Source of the DNA: Blastocladiella emersonii ATCC 22665 | Lineage: Eukaryota > Fungi > Blastocladiomycota | Assembly: GCA_025594325.1 (NCBI GenBank) | Contig: JANHCV010000010.1 | Span: 434,001 to 498,000 of the forward strand | Direction of reading: 5' to 3' | Length of the DNA stretch: 64,000 bases | In this document: positions 57,518 through 64,000 of the stretch, in pieces | Position numbering within the stretch: the first letter of the stretch is position 1 | Layout of the letters: each line of letters begins with the position of its first letter | Position numbers and translations under genes: made by a program | Notes under the pieces: model-generated | What the model was told of the DNA's origin: nothing | The model's input: the letters and a program-made list of their open reading frames with translations, nothing else | Database searches by the model: none

Positions 57518-58497
57518 ATGGTGAGGAATGGAGTCTCCACTCGATGCAACCGTCCCGAGACGCTGACACGGCCGCCGTCCTCGTGTAGTCGGACGTCGTG
57601 CGGCGCACCTGGACCAAGGACTCGGTCGCGGCCGCTTCCGCCGCTGCGAGCAAGGCGGCCTCGGCCTCCTCCACACCCGCGGACGCGCCCAAACTCCTGC
57701 AAGCGCGCTCGGCGCGTGTCGCCTTCGAGTCGGCCGTCGGCAAGTCGCAGCTGGTGCAGAGCGGCGCCGGCAGCCAGGCGCAGGCCGGTTTCTACTGCTC
57801 CGTGTGCGACCGCCTGTGCAAGGACAATGTCGCGTACCTCGATCACCTCAACAGCCCGATTCGTACGTTCCTTGGGCGGTGATTCGCAACCGCCGCCTTC
57901 ACTGACCGTCGCGCCATCCGCCATCTAGACTTGAAGAATACGGGCCACAAGCTCGAGATCAAACGCGCGACGCTCGCCGACGTGCGCGCGCGGATCGCCA
58001 TGCACAAGCGCCGCCGCGCGGTCGCTACCGAGGAATACGGTACGCGTACCCACCCTCCCACCCTTCATCACCACTCTTGCCCTAACCCCACGCGGCGCCG
58101 TGTAGACATGGAGAAACGCGTGCAGCTCGCCAAGGCGCAGTACGAGGCCGAGAAGCTCGCGCGCAAGGAGAAGAAGCGCGCGGCGAAACGGAAACGCCAG
58201 GAGACGGGCCCCGCCTCGACACGCCGCCGCGACGAGGATGACGACCACCCGCTCGTCGGCGCCCTCGCCGTCAGCGACGACGAGGGTGAGGAGAGCGGGT
58301 CCGAGTACTCGGACTACGACATCGACGAGCACGGGAATATCATCGAGGTCGCGCCCGAGGCCAAGAAGAAGATCAAGCGCACCGTCGCCGCTGCGCCTAC
58401 GCCACCGCCGCCCGCGGAAGAGGTGAAGGATGAGGAGTTGACGGCAGAGCAGATCGCGGCGATGATGGGCTTCGGCGCGTTCGGGTCGACCAACTAG
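57518..58497 (+). CDS. SNU23: U4/U6.U5 tri-snRNP zinc-finger protein Snu23/ZMAT2 (ATG-only first exon; 4 exons)
   Basis: M|SDVVRRTW, GFYCSVCDRLCKDNVAYLDHLNS, EIKRATLADVRARI and C-terminal AAMMGFGAFGST. Confidence 0.93.
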
Positions 58498-58594
58498 CCA
58501 ATACATTCCATTCATCCACAATGATTGATGAGCAACAAAAGCGTTCGCGCGCGTCGAGTCGTCGTCCGTCGCCGCGTATATTCAGTCCACCCTG

Positions 58595-60901
58595 CTACTT
58601 CCCCGACAGCGGCATCCCGTATAGCGCCTTGAACCGGTCCCTGCGCTGTATTGGGAGGGCGCCGTCGGCCGAGTACCGGATCCCGCACGCGTTGCACAGC
58701 GTGCGTGGGCCCTGCGGGCCGCGCCGGATCGACAGCGTGCGGGTCCCGTCGAGCCCGCAGTGCGTGCAGTGCCACATGTGCAGCGAGTCGGCCATGGCCG
58801 CGAGACCCCGCACGTTCGCGTTCTTCAGGTCGATCGCGGGAGGCAGCTCCGTCGCGTACCGCGCGACCTGCGGCTCGCGGTACGCGCTGCGCGAGGTGGG
58901 AGGGGCGGCGGCAGCGGGGTACGACGTCGGGTCGAGGGCGGCGGCAGGGTACCCGCCGCCGGGCGTCGCGGCGCCTGAGCCCGGAGCCGGCGAACCCGTC
59001 AGCTGCGGGTTGACGAACTGCGGGCGCATGAGCCCCGGCGCGCCCGCCGCCGTCCCGTTGACCATGTGCTGCTGCGGCGCGTTTGCGGGCGCGACCGATG
59101 CGCTAGACCCGGTCCGCCGCGGACGCGCGTTCGCCACCCCCACTGTCGATGCCGAAGCAGCCGCCGCGGCCGCCGCCGCAGTCGCCGCCGCCGCACTCAC
59201 GGCGGCCTGCTGCGCGGCGACCGCCGCACTCGTGAACGCGGCCGATGACGCGGGCGCGGACCCGTCGCCCAGCGCGAACTGCTGGAGCAGGGCGACCTCG
59301 AACTGCTTGGTCGAGTTGATCACGGCCATGACCTCGTTCTGTTTGGCGCGCGTCTGCGCGTTGGACCGGGACGTCTCGCGGCGGGCGCGGCGCGTCTCGC
59401 GCTCGTCGCGGTTGAGCAGCTTCTCCATCTCGGCGGCGTCGAGGGATTCCAGGGACGGCGCCCAGTCGTCGACCTCGCGGCCGAACCGCAGCGCGCCGCC
59501 CGTCAGGACGTCGCGCGGGGGCAGCTTGGTGCTGCTGCGGCCCGTCGCGAAGAAACCGGTCCCCGCGGCGCCCGTCAGGCGGTCGCGCACCTGCTTCACG
59601 ATCTGGTCCCGGATCGCGGTCGCGTACAGCGGCACGTACTCGCCGCCGAGACCGAGCTCGGCGCACGTCACGCGCGCAAAGGATTCGGGGGTCAGGTCGC
59701 CGCGCAGGTCCCACTCGAAGCGGTCGCGGATCAGCGTGCGGCCGACGACAAAGTCGAGCTACATGCGTTGCGAGGGTTAGCGACCGCGTTGCCAAGCAAA
59801 GGGCGAGAGCACGAGTACCTCGATGACGAGCGGCTCCTCCATCTCGACGGCCGCGGTCCAATCGGCGCCCGACTCGACAAACTCCTCGACCTGGGCCTTG
59901 ATCGCGATCGCGACGAGCGGGGCAAACTTGTGCGGCAACATGAGGTCGGTGCACAGGATCTCGGCAAACTTCTCGGGCGTCACCAAACACTCGCGGTGGT
60001 TCCACAGGAACGCGTCGCGCAGCTTGAACCCGTCGAGGTCGAGCTCGAGCTTGATCGGGATCAGGTTCTCCGGCAGCGCGGCCGCCTCGGCGCGCTGCTC
60101 GGGGCTGAACGAGTAGTAGTACAGGTGGTTGGTCCGGTACACGAGCCGCTTGCCCGTGACGTGCGTCGCGTCGAGGACGGGCAGCAGGCCGCGCGCGCCG
60201 CCCGCGGGCGTCTTGGACGGGTCGGGCGTCGCGGACGCCGAGGATGAGGCGGCGGCCGCGGCAGCAGCGGCCTGACCGCGCGCAGCGTTACGCCGGCGCG
60301 TCGGGACGGAGGCGGGCTCGTCGTCGAGGTCCATCTCCGAGACCTCGTCGAGGTCGAGATCCTCCTCCTTGGTCGCGGTGCTCGGCAGCAGCAGCGCGTT
60401 CGGGAAGGCGCGCACGCGGTTGTGGAAGTCGGACTCGAGCCCGTAGGCCGACGCGCGCGCTCGCGGCAGCTGGGGCGGCGGCGGTGTGTAGCCTACTGCT
60501 GGCGGCGGCGGCATCGCGTAGCCGCCGCGCATGGGCGCCGAGCCGCCGCCGTTGGGCTGCTGCGCGTACATGGCGTGCTGCTGTTGCCACGCGACGCCGT
60601 TGGCGTTGGCGTAGCCGGAGGGCATGGGGCCCGCGTTGGGCGCCGTGGACGGCGGGCGCGTCTGGTAGCTGACGTTCCCGTTCGCGATGGCCGGCGCGGC
60701 GGACGCAGCAGCGGCGTAGTAGGGACCCGCGCCTGCGCCCAGTGGTGGTGCACCGGCGGCAGCAGCGGCGTTGGGCCGCGTTGCGGGGGCCGATGGCGGG
60801 TTCATCGAGTAGGTGTAGCCCTGCTGCTGCTGCGGGTGCGGGTGCATCGCGGGAGCGGCAGCGAGGGGTTGTTGGTACTGGTGTTGGTGGGCGGACGCCA
60901 T
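58595..60901 (-). CDS. SFH1: RSC subunit Sfh1 (SNF5 repeats) with C-terminal GATA-type zinc finger (intron 59759-59818)
   Basis: LIPIKLELDLDGFKLRDAFLWN..TPEKFAEILCTDL; LIRDRFEWDL..TPESFARVTCAELGL; CTHC-X20-CNAC with RRGPQGPRTL. Confidence 0.92.
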
Positions 60902-61537
60902 GGCGGCAACGGCAGCGAGCTAGATAGAGGAGGAGGTGATGGAGCGTGTGATGGGCGATAGTGTCAGCGAATTCGGCGGGGCGGGCGCAGGGACGGGAGC
61001 GTGGGGGTGAGTGAGGGCGAGGGGTGAGAGGCGGCCGATTTAGGGAGGGGCACGCACGGCGATCGGCGGTCCCGGCGCGGGCGCGGGTGATGGGCCCGGT
61101 GCGCGGCGGGCGAGTTCGCGGACTCGGACGTCGCTGGCGGGCGGCGAGGGGTGGGGAGCGGGCGGGGCGGGCCGGTCGAGCGCGATCAGACGCGACGCGG
61201 ACGCGGCGGCGCTCTCTTCTCTCCCGGCGGGCGCAGGGTGCACACTTCTCGCAGCAGCGGGCAGGGCGGGCCGCGCGACTCGCAGCACTGGAATATTCGC
61301 GCGGGGGCCGGGGCGATGTGCGGCGCGAATGTGCGTGCGGGTCGACGTCTCCCTTGGGCCTCGGCCGGCTCGGCGGGCGAGGAAAGGCCACGGGGCCGCC
61401 GATCACCTGACGCGCGGGACGCGCTGACAGGCGTGGCGGGTGGAGGCGCCACTCTCTTCGCCTCTCCCTCTTCCCCTCTTCCCCTCTCTCTCTCTCCACC
61501 ACCACCAACTTCCATGCAACTCTAGACACGCCACACC

Positions 61538-61962
61538 ATGTCCTTCCACGCTGAAGTGCCCGGCTGGAACGACCCGGCCGCCGACATCTTCCACACGGAC
61601 GCGGCGAGCGCCGCCACCGACGCGGCCCAGGACGCCCTGCACGCCAAGCTGCAGTCTGTCATCGAGGCCAAGCGCGCTACACTCCCCCAACGCGTGTTCG
61701 CCGACGCCGAGAAGCGCCTCGCCGACGTGCTCGCCCGCCTCCACGGCCACCAGCTGCCCGCCCCGCTCGCGAGCCACCTGGCCCAGGTCCTCGACGGTAC
61801 CTTGGGGCGGTTGTCGATGGATGGGCGGTGGACTGACACCCCCGAGATGTAGCCCACGAGCAGGTCAACGCCGACGAGACGGCGCGCCTGCTGCAGACCC
61901 TGTCGACGTCGTTCCTCGACGAGTCGCGCTGGATCCTCGGCCTGCGCCGCCTGCTTTCTTAA
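61538..61962 (+). CDS. Small SRA1/Sec31-C-terminal-like protein (intron 61797-61852)
   Basis: GWNDP at the N-terminus, DAEKRLADVLARL, and C-terminal ESRWILGLRRLL. Confidence 0.7.
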
Positions 61963-62266
61963 TCGCCCCACTCTCCCTCTCCTAGCAATATATACACTGC
62001 CTACTTCCACCCCATTCCAGATCGACGCGTCGAGATGCCACGCGAGTCGCGCACCACGTGTTGCGAGGCGCGTCGAGCGTGCGCCACACGCCGGCGATCG
62101 CCGCCCGACCTGAAAATCAGTTTTCGCCACCGCTCGCCGCACCGCCCCACGCGGCGCGCGCGTCAAAGGCGCCCGCCCGCCCCGCCCGCCACCCTTTCTC
62201 TCCCGCCCTGGAAGCGCTACTTCTTGCTACGCTACTCAATCACCTAAACACGCACGCACCACCACC

Positions 62267-63722
62267 ATGGTACGGCGACGCACTCGCATGGACTACTCGC
62301 ACACCGCGCTGCCGTCGCCGCGGTGGGTGCGCCACCCGACCCGGACGCGTCGGCTCACCGCCCCCCGCGCGCAACATGTAGGACGAGAAGTACGACGTCA
62401 TTGTCCTCGGCACGGGGCTCACCGAGTGCATCCTGTCGGGCCTGCTGTCGGTCGAGGGCAAGAAGGTGCTGCACATGGACCGCAACGACTACTACGGCGC
62501 CGACTGCGCGTCGCTCAACCTCACCCAAATGTTCCGCAAGTTCCGCGACGGCGCCGCCGCGCCCGAGTCGTTTGGCCGCGACCGCGACTACGCGATTGAC
62601 CTGATCCCCAAGTTCATGATGGCCAACGGCGCGTTTGTGCGCATGCTGACGCACTGCGAGGTGACCAACTACCTCGAGTTCAAGCAGATCGCCGGGTCCT
62701 ACGTGTTCCGCGACGGCAAGATCTCCAAGGTGCCCGCCAACGAGATCGAGGCCGTCAAGTCGCCGCTCATGGGCCTGTTCGAGAAGCGCCGCGCCAAGAA
62801 GTTCTTCGAGTGGGTCCAGAACTACAGCGAGAAGGACCCCGCCACCTGGCAGGGCCTGGACATCAACAAGGTCACCATGGCCGAGGTCTACAAGCACTTC
62901 GGGCTCGAGTCGGGCACCCAGGATTTCATCGGCCACGCCATGGCCCTGCACCTCGACGACACGTACCTGCACCAGGTCGCCAAGGAGTCGTACGAGCGCA
63001 TCGTCATGTACACCATGTCGGTGCTGCGCTACGGCAAGTCGCCCTACGTCTACCCGCTCTACGGCCTCGGCGAGCTCCCGCAGGCGTTTGCCCGCCGCTC
63101 GGCGCTGTACGGCGGCACCTACATGCTCAACAAGCCCATTGACGAGATCGTCTACGACCCGGCGACCGGCAAGGTGGCCGGCGTCAAGTCCGAGGGCGAG
63201 ACGGCGCACGCGCCCATCGTCATCGGCGACCCGTCCTACTTCCCCGCCAAGGTCGCCCCCAAGGGCAAGGTGATCCGGTCCATCTGCCTGCTCAAGCACC
63301 CGATCCCGTCCACCGACGACTCGGACTCGGTCCAGATCATCATCCCGCAGAACCAGGTCGGCCGCAAGTCGGACATCTACGTGGCCTGCGTCTCGTCGAC
63401 CCACAAGGTGTGCGCCGCGCCCTACTACGTGGCCATTGTCTCGACCAAGATCGAGACCGACAAGCCCGAGCTCGAGCTCCAGGCCGCCTACGACCTGCTC
63501 GGCCCGATCGCCGAGAAGTTTGTCTCGATTGTCGACCTCAACGAGCCCACGGCCGACGGCACCCAGGATAACGTGTTCGTGTCCAAGTCGTACGACGCGA
63601 CCTCGCACTTTGAGACGGTCTGCGAGGACGTCTTCTCCCTGTACAAGCGCGTCACGGGCAAGGACCTCCACCTCAAGTCGTGGGAGGAGCTCCAGGCCGC
63701 GGCCGCCGCGGCGCAGCAGTAA
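62267..63722 (+). CDS. GDI1: Rab GDP dissociation inhibitor (ATG-only first exon; intron 62270-62381)
   Basis: M|DEKYDVIVLGTGLTECILSGLLSVEGKKVLHMDRNDYYG, DLIPKFMMANG, YPLYGLGELPQAFAR, YDATSHFET. Confidence 0.98.
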
Positions 63723-64000
63723 CCGGCGAGCGTGTACCAGTACCAACCCCGAGTGAGTGTGTGTGTTTGTTTGTCGCAATACGAAATCCCTGTTCTGCTC
63801 ATCCACTCTCTCTCGCGTCGTGAGTGTGTGTGGGCTAGGGCACCATCTCGTGTATTCTTCATCAGCATCATCCCTCGACCGACCGACACGCACGGGTTTA
63901 CGCCTCGTTGATGAGACCGACGATCATGCTACACGAGCGCACGGGCGAGCGAGCGGGCAGTCAGCGACGCGCGGCGGGGGCGAGGAAGGGACCAGGAAGA

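Noticed and set aside
58595-58800. GATA zinc finger fused to an SNF5-family protein as a novel fusion
   Set aside because: This architecture is already known for fungal Sfh1 proteins.
57518-62381. ATG-only first coding exons in SNU23 and GDI1
   Set aside because: Start-codon-adjacent introns are common in eukaryotes.

Overview
Eukaryotic, GC-rich, intron-containing DNA (GTACGY/GTGMG donors, CTRAC branch points, YAG acceptors). The gene set (fungal-type fatty acid synthase, Npr3, Sfh1 with GATA finger, PTEN, cilium-associated Rab28) points to a zoosporic fungus, probably Blastocladiomycota (inference). The window alternates between two compartments. Core blocks (about 14.9-23.7 kb, 30.4-33.6 kb, 51-64 kb) hold intact housekeeping genes: LC8 dynein light chain, Rab28-like GTPase, PTEN, enoyl-CoA hydratase, dolichol kinase, OXLD1-like, NPR3, PA2G4/Arx1-like, TMEM41, a fasciclin protein, SNU23, SFH1, an SRA1-like protein and GDI1. 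Accessory blocks (about 1-14.5 kb, 24-30.3 kb, 33.9-50.5 kb) are dominated by a birth-and-death family with a shared F-box-like/ankyrin-like N-terminal module fused to RNI-type LRRs (7 copies, most broken), related F-box-like genes, a FAS1 fragment and a 4.2-kb tandem duplication. A 5,461-bp chromodomain Ty3/Gypsy element (identical 216-bp LTRs, CCACT target-site duplication) splits one LRR gene. It lacks protease and half of RT, has no tRNA primer site, and has an Asn-rich/RS-rich Gag. A related solo LTR lies at 50.2 kb. No rRNA, tRNA or CRISPR features were found.
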